Below are positions 8,258 to 16,840 of a DNA stretch of 64,000 bases, in pieces. Positions within the stretch are counted from its first letter, which is position 1, and each line of letters starts with the position of its first letter. A program made the position numbers and the translations under genes. Below the pieces are notes generated by a model. That model had not been told where the DNA came from. It saw only the letters and a program-made list of their open reading frames with translations, and searched no databases. The DNA comes from a virus: positions 18,634 to 82,633 of the IMG/VR virus record IMGVR_UViG_3300020183_000001; one strand, 5' to 3'.

Positions 8258-10015
8258 CTAAGCAGATGCTAGCGCAGACTCACGTTGCGTCAACGCCTTG
8301 CTGAATGCAGTTGTGTACAACTCACGTTCCTCATCCGTAAGCCTGGCGTTGCTAATACCAGCGATCTGTTTAACGGACATCATACCCATGTTGACTTCCA
8401 ATTGGATTGTGAACATGGGTTTGCTATCAATCATGCACAGCACAATGAAGTGCTTCTTCTTACGAACACCATCTGCATAACCACTGGCACTACCGACGCA
8501 ATTACGTACGGCTTGTCCCCATGCAGCTAGTTGATGGGTATCAACTGGTTGGAAAAATGTCCACCTACTGGAACCAAGTTCAAGCTTGACTGGTTCTGGG
8601 AACAAATCCTGGGGTAGTGATTCGTTTTTGTTCTTGACCTTCCATGCAACAGACTGAACGTGATCATGGAACTCCATGAGACGCCAACGTTTTGGAACAT
8701 CAAGAGTTAGTGGTTCCGTTGCACATGCATTGTGTGCAAGGATTGTATCTAGCATTGATACCGTATCACTCCAGTTGGAATAATAAAAACGTGGACACTG
8801 TAGATCTGAGTCATAATAGTAACGAGTGTGCGTATTGTTTATTTCTCGTTCATATTCTTTTTCAAGAATAGAAAAGAATGAAGCAACAGGCATGTGTTTG
8901 TTCAACCATGCTTGTGTAATAATTGTACCTTGACGTGTTGATTTAAAACTTAACAGTTGAACAATGTAAGTTTGATAGTAATCAATGGGACACTCAGGCC
9001 ATACGTCATACACAAAAGCAATAGCATTAAATAGTACATGGATCTGAGCCCATGGTCCACGGATACACCTAAGATATTGATTACTAGTATCGTTAAACAT
9101 TGCATTGACTTGATCACATCTTGCTTGAATCCATTTCTTAAAGAACGGAGTAGCAATAATGTGCAGCATCTTGTTTAGTTGCCTATAGATATCACCGTCA
9201 TATCCACTGTCGTGTGCATAATGAGTGATAAGTTTGAACAACAAGTCATATGAGATTACAGCTTTGGTAATGTCATGTTGTTGCCAGAATGTTCTACATT
9301 CTTGACCATAATGATAACCATTAGTGAAGATAACAGAAGCTGGATTGATTGCCCGGAGCCGAGCAAAAGTTGATTGACTGTCAGACCACATAGGGATTGT
9401 GTTAAACAGTTGATCTTCAAATGCTTTTACTTGTTGGCACAGATTACCAGACTTTTTGTAGTAAGCTTGAGCACCTGGGATGTTCCAGTTCTTTGCATCG
9501 TAACCATCAATAATATCTTGTCTGGTTACTAGTTTGTTGAATGTAAAATACTGAACGCGGCCAAGCTGATATGTAGATAGTTTGTTTGGATTGTCAACGT
9601 ATAAGTGCTTACGAACTCTATGTGGCAGCATCTTGTGTGCAGATGCGTTGTCTTTGAATGCAAACGAGTATCCATAAATGTACTGATCTTTTTGATGCTT
9701 AGGTGGTAGCCATGCTGCATACCACACTTGCTCAAAGTGATACAAGATTGCATACGGAGTTACTGCACCTTCAACAATTCGTGTAAACAGTTGGTAACGA
9801 TCAGGTGCAGCCTGCAAATTAATATTGTCAATAGCATCGTTATATAACGATACTGGCAATACTTCAGTTGGAATCAGTTGGTTGGGTTTACCCAGTGGGT
9901 GTGCAGCTTTCTTAGTCTTGTTGTTAATTGTTTTCTGTTGTTTAGCCAGTGCTTTAAGAGCTGGGTCATACGCCAACAACTCTTGTTGTAGTTGAGTAGG
10001 AAGACGGAATTGCAT
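8258..10015 (-). CDS. PcfJ-domain protein
   Basis: C-terminal L..WGQAVRNCVGS..Y...FTIQL...QIAGISN motif; start MQFRLP downstream of the RNA motif. Confidence 0.85.
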   Translation of the reverse strand: MQFRLPTQLQQELLAYDPALKALAKQQKTINNKTKKAAHPLGKPNQLIPTEVLPVSLYNDAIDNINLQAAPDRYQLFTRIVEGAVTPYAILYHFEQVWYAAWLPPKHQKDQYIYGYSFAFKDNASAHKMLPHRVRKHLYVDNPNKLSTYQLGRVQYFTFNKLVTRQDIIDGYDAKNWNIPGAQAYYKKSGNLCQQVKAFEDQLFNTIPMWSDSQSTFARLRAINPASVIFTNGYHYGQECRTFWQQHDITKAVISYDLLFKLITHYAHDSGYDGDIYRQLNKMLHIIATPFFKKWIQARCDQVNAMFNDTSNQYLRCIRGPWAQIHVLFNAIAFVYDVWPECPIDYYQTYIVQLLSFKSTRQGTIITQAWLNKHMPVASFFSILEKEYEREINNTHTRYYYDSDLQCPRFYYSNWSDTVSMLDTILAHNACATEPLTLDVPKRWRLMEFHDHVQSVAWKVKNKNESLPQDLFPEPVKLELGSSRWTFFQPVDTHQLAAWGQAVRNCVGSASGYADGVRKKKHFIVLCMIDSKPMFTIQLEVNMGMMSVKQIAGISNARLTDEERELYTTAFSKALTQRESALASA

Positions 10016-10042
10016 GGTGAGTTCGTAGTGAGTGTGTGGTGT

Positions 10043-10070
10043 TGAGCAGTTTAACGTCATGCTCAGGACG
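10043..10070 (-). repeat. family A pseudoknot motif, copy 3
   Basis: CGTCCTGAGCATGACGTTAAACTGCTCA. Confidence 0.85.
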
Positions 10071-10075
10071 ATGGA

Positions 10076-10291
10076 TCAGATACGCATTACCTCTTCACCG
10101 TTACAGGTAAAGACTAGTTGATCGTCATAGTCATCCATGTATTCCTGCAATGTCATAGTCTTCTCTGGTGTGAAGACAGGCATTTCGTTTGCAAAACCAA
10201 ACGCACTGTACACACGACCTTTGGGACCACGAATTACCAGGTACCACCGTTTGAATTCGATAGAGAAACCAATCATGATGCTAGGTACCAA
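10076..10291 (-). CDS. hypothetical protein
   Basis: About 71 aa, tiles the operon; start uncertain. Confidence 0.55.
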   Translation of the reverse strand: MVPSIMIGFSIEFKRWYLVIRGPKGRVYSAFGFANEMPVFTPEKTMTLQEYMDDYDDQLVFTCNGEEVMRI

Positions 10292-10533
10292 TCAGATGTG
10301 TCGACAAGTTGCCATTGAAGATCTCTGTCAGCAAGATACTGACAGAAGCCATCTTCATCAACAGGGATTTGTTCATCCTCATCCAATTCAAAATCTGCAA
10401 TACAAAGTGCTGGAGCCCATTCATCAGGTTCAAAGTAAGTTGCTTTGTGTAGAAGAAGCATGTCTTCAACAAGTGCAGTAACTGTGACATGGGATTGATT
10501 GATGGTTGTTTCTTCAATTGATAAGATTGTCAT
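10273..10533 (-). CDS. hypothetical acidic protein
   Basis: 86 aa, ATG with ACTC leader. Confidence 0.65.
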   Translation of the reverse strand: MTILSIEETTINQSHVTVTALVEDMLLLHKATYFEPDEWAPALCIADFELDEDEQIPVDEDGFCQYLADRDLQWQLVDTSDWYLAS

Positions 10534-10625
10534 GAGTGTAGTTAGTAGAGATAACTATTGTCACTAATAGTGCCTCCGTGGTACAGGTTTGCAGGGGGGT
10601 CCAGGGGGGACCCCATGCATGTACC

Positions 10626-10802
10626 TTAGTCAGGTTCTACAAACTGACAAGCAGTTGTGATGTAACACTTGTATTTGTTCCAGGCACGTGCTGTGCAGAA
10701 CTCGCCATGGAACCGTTGTTCATCACTGCAGTATTCACGTGCACGCTTAGCTGCACACTGTGCAAGATTGATGCGATCAAACATGCTAATGTAGTTGTCC
10801 AT
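10626..10802 (-). CDS. small hypothetical protein (58 aa)
   Basis: MDNYISMFDRINLAQCAA..., directly downstream of family B copy 2. Confidence 0.6.
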   Translation of the reverse strand: MDNYISMFDRINLAQCAAKRAREYCSDEQRFHGEFCTARAWNKYKCYITTACQFVEPD

Positions 10803-10833
10803 AGTTAAGTTGTTGTTGGGGTTGAAGTTGATG

Positions 10834-10872
10834 CTGGGACTTACACCACGTACTTATGTAGGTGATGCCCAG
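10834..10872 (-). repeat. family B bulged hairpin, copy 2
   Basis: CTGGGCATCACCTACATAAGTACGTGGTGTAAGTCCCAG. Confidence 0.8.
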
Positions 10873-10876
10873 TGTT

Positions 10877-11137
10877 TCAGTCTTCTTTATCAAATGATTT
10901 CATAATTGATTCAGGCATAGACATTTCAATTGAAGGCAAGTCATAGTCGTCATTTGTATCAACAATAATTTTATGTAACGGAAAATATCCATCACTAAGA
11001 TCAGCGTTGAGTTTCCAAATTTCTACTAATAGTTCTCGAAAAAATCTTTTTCGGTCCTCTATGCCTGTAAACTCATCAGCACCATAAACTTTTTTAGTGT
11101 CAGTAAATTTAAATTCAATAGTAAATGAATCGATCAT
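10877..11137 (-). CDS. hypothetical protein
   Basis: 86 aa. Confidence 0.6.
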   Translation of the reverse strand: MIDSFTIEFKFTDTKKVYGADEFTGIEDRKRFFRELLVEIWKLNADLSDGYFPLHKIIVDTNDDYDLPSIEMSMPESIMKSFDKED

Positions 11138-11142
11138 GATCT

Positions 11143-11340
11143 TTAGATTATCTTTATGTTTCGTTTGCTTAAACCGGTGCCTGGGATTGAGATAGATCCA
11201 AGGACACCAGACTGCCGTGCGTTAAGTGTTAGTTGGAATGGACCAAGTTTAATTGATTTGGTGTACGATTTGATACCATGTTCAGTTAAGTTAAAGCCAG
11301 CGATAGTACGGTCAAAGTTAATAGGTGATTTCTTTGTCAT
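11143..11340 (-). CDS. small basic protein, DUF4236-like
   Basis: KSIKLGPFQLTL...SISIPGTGLS motif; probable start MTKKSP. Confidence 0.6.
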   Translation of the reverse strand: MTKKSPINFDRTIAGFNLTEHGIKSYTKSIKLGPFQLTLNARQSGVLGSISIPGTGLSKRNIKII

Positions 11341-11557
11341 AACCAAAGTCGTGAATTTGTTTAACAAGTTTGTGTTCGTCTTGAGTTAATTGTGAATATA
11401 AATATTCAACCATATCATCATCAGATGATAATGAATTGATTGCAGCAATTGCACGATGTTTGTCATGTGTTGTTGTATAAGAATGTGGATGAGAAATAAT
11501 TTTAGATATGCAATCTAAAATTTTATTGTAACGAGCTTCGTTTACTTCATTTGTCAT
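11318..11557 (-). CDS. hypothetical protein
   Basis: Probable start MTNEVNE overlapping the upstream stop. Confidence 0.55.
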   Translation of the reverse strand: MTNEVNEARYNKILDCISKIISHPHSYTTTHDKHRAIAAINSLSSDDDMVEYLYSQLTQDEHKLVKQIHDFGYDKEITY

Positions 11558-11880
11558 CACCAGTCTCCACAAGTAAATGTTTGAGTAACAACAAATGAAA
11601 GAGCAAAGGTCTCCTCTTCAATCTCGTCTTCTTCTGCTGGATAGTAACGAGCTTCGAATCCGCCAGTGCCTACCGATCGATCATTAATAGATCGATACAA
11701 AAGATTCCGACATGAACGCTTCATACGTTCAATGGTTGGAACAGTTAAGCTACCGTCTTCCATAACGTTAGCCCACTTCCAATCAAGTGCAGTCATTGCA
11801 ATTTGGACTTTCTCAAAGTTAAAACGTTCGAGAAGGTCTTCAATAAGTTGGGATTGATGTTCAGTGATTGTGAATGTCAT
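11557..11880 (-). CDS. hypothetical protein
   Basis: 107 aa, FNFEKV..AM.ALDWKW motif. Confidence 0.7.
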   Translation of the reverse strand: MTFTITEHQSQLIEDLLERFNFEKVQIAMTALDWKWANVMEDGSLTVPTIERMKRSCRNLLYRSINDRSVGTGGFEARYYPAEEDEIEEETFALSFVVTQTFTCGDW

Positions 11881-11959
11881 TGCAGTTATTCAAACATTTT
11901 GATAAAGAGAATTGTGCCACATATAAAAAATGTGCACAATACTAATGCATCAGGCCAGC

Positions 11960-12241
11960 TCATGGTTTGTTGTAAATAGTTCCGTTGCGTTTGTAAAGAT
12001 CAAACCCATGCATAGTCTTTGTGTCAAGTGTAGTGTAAGGACCAATGTTGGCACAGCCAATTAAGTAGTAGAACTTAAAGAAGCCTGGGTGTTCATCCCA
12101 CTCTTCATCAGTACACATAAGTTTAGATCCAACACCAAACGTATTCTTACGTTGGGTAGTCCATATGTCACCTGGCTGAGCAGGCAGGTGACGTGTCTTA
12201 GATTGAGTCTTAGGTTGAGTCTTTGGTTTAGTTGTAGTCAC
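11960..12241 (-). CDS. hypothetical protein
   Basis: 93 aa, 4-nt overlap with the upstream gene. Confidence 0.6.
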   Translation of the reverse strand: MTTTKPKTQPKTQSKTRHLPAQPGDIWTTQRKNTFGVGSKLMCTDEEWDEHPGFFKFYYLIGCANIGPYTTLDTKTMHGFDLYKRNGTIYNKP

Positions 12242-12456
12242 TGCAGATCTCCTGGCATGAGTGCATTGGTGTCTTCATCAGACATATTGGACATAACAAA
12301 TTTGTTTCCATCGGCGTCTACAAAGCCGCCGACAAAACCAATACCATGTCGATCAGCAGATTCTTTCATCTTTGCAACGATTGACATAGCTTGCAACCGT
12401 TGGTTATCAATGGCATCAGGGATGCGTGGTTTGGGTGCGTCGTTAAGTGCAGTCAT
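12238..12456 (-). CDS. hypothetical protein
   Basis: 72 aa, downstream of family B copy 3. Confidence 0.7.
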   Translation of the reverse strand: MTALNDAPKPRIPDAIDNQRLQAMSIVAKMKESADRHGIGFVGGFVDADGNKFVMSNMSDEDTNALMPGDLQ

Positions 12457-12483
12457 GGTGAGTTAAGTGTGTAGTAGTTGAGC

Positions 12484-12526
12484 AAGCTGGGACTTACACG
12501 CCTTCTGTCAGAGCGATGCCCAGCTT
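12484..12526 (-). repeat. family B bulged hairpin, copy 3
   Basis: AAGCTGGGCATCGCTCTGACAGAAGGCGTGTAAGTCCCAGCTT. Confidence 0.8.
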
Positions 12527-12636
12527 GTGTTTATAAGCTTACCACCCTCTGTCAAGGGTGACCACCCCGTTCATGAGTGGGAGCGTGCATATTTGGGGTG
12601 AAAGCTTATTGAGAATTTAAATAAATGTTTAATTTA

Positions 12637-13008
12637 TTAATTAGCTTTTGTTAATTCAAATGTATTTAAGTTATTGTTCATTGTTTTAAAACCCCATTTT
12701 CTACGGTTAGTATTTTGTTCAGATTTTATTGCCCATTTTAAATTATTTGGATTATTGTTAGATGGACAATTATCAATGTGATCAATAGTCATAGATAATT
12801 TGTATTCATTAAAAGTTAAAACATACACTATTAAATGTACTGGATATTGTTTACCTTTATATGTAACACGCCAATATCCATGTGAAGTTAAACAACCTGC
12901 AACGTTGTTTGCTTTAACACGATTAGTAATTGATATTTTCCATCTTAAAAAAGATGGAGAAGTTTCATCTACATAAAACAAATTTTTAAATAAGGTTAAA
13001 TTGTTCAT
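12637..13008 (-). CDS. HNH homing endonuclease (HNH_3 type)
   Basis: AG.L...GY.RV...VHLIVY...IDHIDNCPSNNNPNNLKW...EQNTN; strongly AT-rich relative to neighbours. Confidence 0.85.
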   Translation of the reverse strand: MNNLTLFKNLFYVDETSPSFLRWKISITNRVKANNVAGCLTSHGYWRVTYKGKQYPVHLIVYVLTFNEYKLSMTIDHIDNCPSNNNPNNLKWAIKSEQNTNRRKWGFKTMNNNLNTFELTKAN

Positions 13009-13013
13009 TGCAG

Positions 13014-13337
13014 TTACCGATGCATTTCTTGGTGTTCTTTCCATGCAGCAGTGTGCATTTCATCCATAGTTATCGGTGGTTCACCAACCCATTCATCTGG
13101 TTCATCAGGCCATTCGATAGCTTGCTCAAGTTGACCAATGGCTTCTAACAGATATTCTTCGTAATGATACGGAAGATCATTGTATCCCAAGGGACGATTC
13201 TGTTCCCGTTGGTAGATAGCCATAAGTTCTTCGATGATCAGCGTGATGCGCATGTCATCGTTGAGCTGGTAGGTATGTGTACTACCATCATGACGGGTGT
13301 ACGTGTTGCTGGTGAATTGAAGTTGATGTTTAGCCAT
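13014..13337 (-). CDS. hypothetical protein
   Basis: 107 aa, downstream of family B copy 4. Confidence 0.7.
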   Translation of the reverse strand: MAKHQLQFTSNTYTRHDGSTHTYQLNDDMRITLIIEELMAIYQREQNRPLGYNDLPYHYEEYLLEAIGQLEQAIEWPDEPDEWVGEPPITMDEMHTAAWKEHQEMHR

Positions 13338-13364
13338 GGTGTGTTTGTTGATAGTTGATTTGAT

Positions 13365-13405
13365 GCTGGGACTTACATCACGTACTTATGTAGTAAATGC
13401 CCAGC
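13365..13405 (-). repeat. family B bulged hairpin, copy 4
   Basis: GCTGGGCATTTACTACATAAGTACGTGATGTAAGTCCCAGC. Confidence 0.8.
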
Positions 13406-13470
13406 TTGTAGTATTAGTACTATTGCCAATACATGGATAGTATTGGCAAGTTTTATGTGCGCTTCAATAC

Positions 13471-13752
13471 TTAGATTAAGCCAAGGATTGAGAGCCAACT
13501 GTTGGGGTCGTCGGGTTCGACCTCGTCCTCCTCTGGCGTGAAACAGACTGAGTCGAAGACCCACTCTTCAATTTCTTCGAGCGTGGGGACGGGGTACCAC
13601 TCACGTTTCCAGAAGATGTGCGGCCAACCGTCTCTGATTTCAACGTCGTGGAAGCAGAGTGTGGTGTCGGCTGGCTCTTGTCCCTCTTCGTTGGTGAGTG
13701 GGGTGTAACCGACGATTGCAGCAATGTCGTGTTGGATGGGTTGGAGGGCCAT
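13471..13752 (-). CDS. hypothetical acidic protein
   Basis: 93 aa ending VEPDDPNSWLSILGLI. Confidence 0.7.
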   Translation of the reverse strand: MALQPIQHDIAAIVGYTPLTNEEGQEPADTTLCFHDVEIRDGWPHIFWKREWYPVPTLEEIEEWVFDSVCFTPEEDEVEPDDPNSWLSILGLI

Positions 13753-13848
13753 AGTAGTGAGATGAATTGAAGGAACAGTGTAGTGAGAATGGTCAGGATA
13801 ACGATGATGTGTAGTATTACATCATCATTATATTGTTGAGGCTGAGTG

Positions 13849-13986
13849 TTAGTCATCAGTTAGTTCATCAGTTGGGTTAGGTGGTTGCATCTCTTCTTGC
13901 ATAGCTTGTTCCTGCTGGTACGCAAGGTCAGACCATGCGTCAAGAAGATCTGCATTGTAGTTCTCATCGAGTTGTTGAGTTGTCAT
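13849..13986 (-). CDS. small acidic protein (45 aa)
   Basis: MTTQQLDENYNADLLDAW..., downstream of family A copy 4. Confidence 0.55.
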   Translation of the reverse strand: MTTQQLDENYNADLLDAWSDLAYQQEQAMQEEMQPPNPTDELTDD

Positions 13987-14005
13987 CGAATGAGTTGATA
14001 AAGGA

Positions 14006-14034
14006 CTGAGCAGTTTAACGTCATACTCAGGACG
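14006..14034 (-). repeat. family A pseudoknot motif, copy 4
   Basis: CGTCCTGAGTATGACGTTAAACTGCTCAG. Confidence 0.85.
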
Positions 14035-14083
14035 GATATCAAGAATATGAATAAACGACGTTTATCAGAATTCCAAGTAATAG

Positions 14084-14560
14084 CTAGTCAAATGGTTTAA
14101 AATCTGTATCTTTCAAGAGAGAGTCAATGTGTGCAACATCGCATTCTCTCATGTATTCACTTAAGTTTTCTGATGGATCAATCTCATAGTCATCAGTTTG
14201 ATTCTCAACAACTTCGCATCCAATGTCTTCGAGTTGATCAACGTAGTTATCCCAGCTATTGGCATTGCCATAGACATGGGCATAACGCCCGGTCTGGTCA
14301 ACGACAAGTGCTACATAAGTCATGGGTTGAGCCTCAGGTAGTGTGAAGGGTCTTTGTTCTGCAGCCATTAACTTTGCAGTAATGGCACGCAAATCGTGCC
14401 TAGATAGTTCTCCATTTGGTCTCCACTTCAACGCGGTATTTGCAAATGTTGTAGTAGGTAAGACCATTGGAATAACAGATAGGTTAATTAGTTTACCGTG
14501 GTTCGACCAAGGTTTGTTGGCATGACCACTGTAGTAAAGACTTTGTAAAGTCGGTACCAA
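14084..14560 (-). CDS. hypothetical protein (start uncertain)
   Basis: ORF up to 158 aa with acidic C-terminal half. Confidence 0.55.
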   Translation of the reverse strand: MVPTLQSLYYSGHANKPWSNHGKLINLSVIPMVLPTTTFANTALKWRPNGELSRHDLRAITAKLMAAEQRPFTLPEAQPMTYVALVVDQTGRYAHVYGNANSWDNYVDQLEDIGCEVVENQTDDYEIDPSENLSEYMRECDVAHIDSLLKDTDFKPFD

Positions 14561-14711
14561 GCATAGCGCCTGTTACGACAAAAGCGATACCGATAACAAT
14601 GGTTGCAGATAAAAAGTTACAAAGGTAACGTCCTGCTCTACTGCTGTGGTACTCAGGGTACACATCAGTGTGAATAAATTGTTTAGGTCCAAGTTTAGTA
14701 ATCTGTTTCAT
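14493..14711 (-). CDS. small membrane protein
   Basis: MKQITKLG..., one hydrophobic helix (FLSATIVIGIAFVVTGAMLG). Confidence 0.55.
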   Translation of the reverse strand: MKQITKLGPKQFIHTDVYPEYHSSRAGRYLCNFLSATIVIGIAFVVTGAMLGTDFTKSLLQWSCQQTLVEPR

Positions 14712-14787
14712 TGGAGAAAGTCCTGTGTAGTAGGAATCAACCTTCGGTTGATGGACGGAGTAATACAACTGTACTACGTTGCAATAG

Positions 14788-14855
14788 GCAGGAGAGGAAG
14801 AAGATCTCCTGCAGAAAACCCACTCATCAATGATGAGCAGGGTTAAGTGCAAGAA
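14788..14855 (-). repeat. family C X-hairpin-Y-Z motif, copy 1
   Basis: TTCTTGCA..CCC-hairpin-GGG TTTTC TGCAGGAG..CTCCTGC. Confidence 0.7.
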
Positions 14856-14870
14856 TCAGTTAGTCAAGAG

Positions 14871-15263
14871 TCAGGCCGCAGCAGTTGCAGCCTTCTTCTT
14901 ACTAGCAGCCTTCGTTCCTTCCTCAGCTTTGGGCTGAGGCTTGGAACCAAAGGCATAATCAGTCACTTTCAGTTGAAACTCTGGTTGCTTGAGCGGCATG
15001 AGCTCTTCATCTTTCATATAGAAAGCACGGATGCCTTGAATTTTACCAGACACCGTGAGCTCTTGGCCTACAACCAGATTGTCATTGGTATAAGCAGTAA
15101 GCAAACCATTGCTGTTGAAGAATTTGATTGTGACCACAGCATCTTTAGAGATACGGTGGTACAAAGTAACAACCAAACAGTCACGCTCATCTTCCGTTTT
15201 GATAACGATAAGACTTGCAATGCGACCAACAACAGTAAACGTTTGCAGATCAGCGTAAGTCAT
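14871..15263 (-). CDS. second SSB/OB-fold-like protein
   Basis: FTVVGRI...LVVGQELTVSGKI OB-fold pattern; basic Ala/Lys tail; start MTYADLQ. Confidence 0.65.
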   Translation of the reverse strand: MTYADLQTFTVVGRIASLIVIKTEDERDCLVVTLYHRISKDAVVTIKFFNSNGLLTAYTNDNLVVGQELTVSGKIQGIRAFYMKDEELMPLKQPEFQLKVTDYAFGSKPQPKAEEGTKAASKKKAATAAA

Positions 15264-15293
15264 AAAATTAAATTGAGTTGAGTTGATAAGCAA

Positions 15294-15345
15294 GCAGAGA
15301 TGAACTCTGCAGAAACCCATCGAAATCGATGGGAATATGCAAAGA
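15294..15345 (-). repeat. family C motif, copy 2
   Basis: TCTTTGCA TATT CCCATCGATTTCGATGGG TTTC TGCAGAG..CTCTGC. Confidence 0.7.
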
Positions 15346-15528
15346 TCACCAGTCGTAAACACGAATGGCTTTAAGGTTAACAGGAGAGATATCCAGTAGT
15401 TCAGCACCAGCAAGCAATGCTTCTGTTTGTGTGCGAGCCATTAGCTCAATAACAAACTCACTACTAAACACTTTCCAAATAACCAAGGGACGTTCCACGA
15501 TTAGTCCACTAGATGTTCTTGTTCCCAT
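15346..15528 (-). CDS. small hypothetical protein
   Basis: 60 aa; stop immediately followed by a family C motif. Confidence 0.5.
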   Translation of the reverse strand: MGTRTSSGLIVERPLVIWKVFSSEFVIELMARTQTEALLAGAELLDISPVNLKAIRVYDW

Positions 15529-15743
15529 TTAAGAAGTGCACGGTTGAGATCAACCTTCTTCTCAAGGACAACACAGAACGGGACCAAGTCTTGGAACTGT
15601 ACCAAGCCATCTTGCCATTGATAAAAGATCTCCAGTGCAGCCTGGCGCTGACTTTCAATCTCCTGATCAATGATAGGAGTGTCTCGACGTGCAAGAAGAC
15701 GAGCTTCTTGGGTAAGGAGACGTTCAACAGCTTTAGGAGTCAT
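15501..15743 (-). CDS. hypothetical protein
   Basis: 80 aa with AACTC-repeat leader. Confidence 0.65.
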   Translation of the reverse strand: MTPKAVERLLTQEARLLARRDTPIIDQEIESQRQAALEIFYQWQDGLVQFQDLVPFCVVLEKKVDLNRALLKWEQEHLVD

Positions 15744-15772
15744 AGCGAAACCAAGTGGAGTTGAGTTGAGTT

Positions 15773-15828
15773 GTGCAGATGTAAAGTCTGCAGAAACCCA
15801 TCTTGTTACAGATGGGAATTTGTAGACA
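15773..15828 (-). repeat. family C motif, copy 3
   Basis: TGTCTACA AATT CCCATCTGTAACAAGATGGG TTTC TGCAGAC..TCTGCAC. Confidence 0.7.
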
Positions 15829-16095
15829 TCACATCATTTGTTCGATGCGTTCTTGCTCCATTGTGGTGGAATAGTCGTAATACTCTTGCATCTCCATCAG
15901 CATGTCTTTCATGCTGGTAGGAATTGAACCAAGAGTACGTACGTCGCGATCAATCCACTCTTGCCATGTGGCACCAGTGTCTAGATCATACATGTTCCAC
16001 AACTTCTCAAAGTGAAGCTGTGTAGTTTCAACGTTGTACCAAGTAACGCGATACCGTCCTTCGTCAGGACGGTAGGTAAGTGTTGGGGTAGCCAT
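15829..16095 (-). CDS. hypothetical protein
   Basis: 88 aa. Confidence 0.65.
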   Translation of the reverse strand: MATPTLTYRPDEGRYRVTWYNVETTQLHFEKLWNMYDLDTGATWQEWIDRDVRTLGSIPTSMKDMLMEMQEYYDYSTTMEQERIEQMM

Positions 16096-16098
16096 AAG

Positions 16099-16284
16099 TC
16101 AATTAGTTTTGTAACCGTTAGAAGCACACCAATTCATATGAATTTGATGCGCAGGCTTAGGCCAGTCATGTTGAAGGCATTGTTTAGCAGTTGCTTCGTG
16201 CAACAAACGTGCACCAATGCAACTAGCAATACCTCCACCAATAACAACGGTAGCAATGTAAATAACCAATTGATTCTTAGTCAT
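16099..16284 (-). CDS. small membrane protein
   Basis: MTKNQLVIYIATVVIGGG.. TM helix followed by C...HDWP...H..WC. Confidence 0.6.
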   Translation of the reverse strand: MTKNQLVIYIATVVIGGGIASCIGARLLHEATAKQCLQHDWPKPAHQIHMNWCASNGYKTN

Positions 16285-16501
16285 GAGTTGATGTGCAGTT
16301 GACAATCGTTAGGCATAATAAGTGCAGCCGCACGAATGCGGTATTCACTTATCTTCTGTCCAAGCTGCTGTTTAGATGGCAGCTTAGCAGTTTCTACTGC
16401 AGATGCTGTTAGTTTCAGCAATGCAGCAGTATTCTTTCGAATGTGTAGTGCAGTCATAAGTTGAATTGAGTTAAGCCACTCTCAGTGAGTGGCAATAGTT
16501 A

Positions 16502-16537
16502 GGCAGGGGTTTGCACCCTGCCACCCGCTTGTACGGA
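16502..16537 (-). repeat. family D double hairpin, copy 1
   Basis: TCCGTACAAGCGGG T GGCAGGG-TGCAAAC-CCCTGCC directly after TAA. Confidence 0.75.
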
Positions 16538-16756
16538 TTAACCGTAGTTCTCGGGAAGCTCTACAAGCTCTGCAAGAACTTGGTGTTGCAGCTCGCGTTC
16601 GCCAGCAATCTTCAGTCCCCATGCGGCAATCTGAAGAGCTTGCTCACGGCTTAGTAGCTGCGAGTGGCCTGACTCCATCCAAAACTGGATGAGATCGTAG
16701 GCCGTAGCCGCTAGTTCTTCCCTGGTAGGAAGTACAGCAGCAGTAGTGTTGGTCAC
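16538..16756 (-). CDS. hypothetical protein (GTG start)
   Basis: GGAG RBS upstream of GTG 16756; 72 aa. Confidence 0.65.
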   Translation of the reverse strand: MTNTTAAVLPTREELAATAYDLIQFWMESGHSQLLSREQALQIAAWGLKIAGERELQHQVLAELVELPENYG

Positions 16757-16769
16757 GGTATTCTCCGTG

Positions 16770-16799
16770 TGTGCGGTACCCATCTCCGCTGAGGGTAAT
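16770..16799 (-). repeat. family E pseudoknot, copy 1
   Basis: ATTACCCTCAGCGGAGATGGGTACCGCACA; S1 TACCC/GGGTA, S2 GCGG/CCGC. Confidence 0.7.
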
Positions 16800-16803
16800 A
16801 ACT

Positions 16804-16840
16804 GGGACAGGGTTTGCACCTGTCCTCCCGCTTTAACGGA
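16804..16840 (-). repeat. family D double hairpin, copy 2
   Basis: TCCGTTAAAGCGGG A GGACAGG-TGCAAAC-CCTGTCC directly after TGA. Confidence 0.75.

Noticed and set aside
10043-10070. Family A as a hammerhead or HDV-like ribozyme
   Set aside because: CUGAG is present, but the CUGANGA/GAAA core and the nested double pseudoknot are absent; too short
13476-13856. 126-aa ORF overlapping 13471-13752
   Set aside because: Only the first ~35 codons (one TM helix) are non-overlapping; the rest is Ser/Thr-rich off-frame sequence, so it was not called
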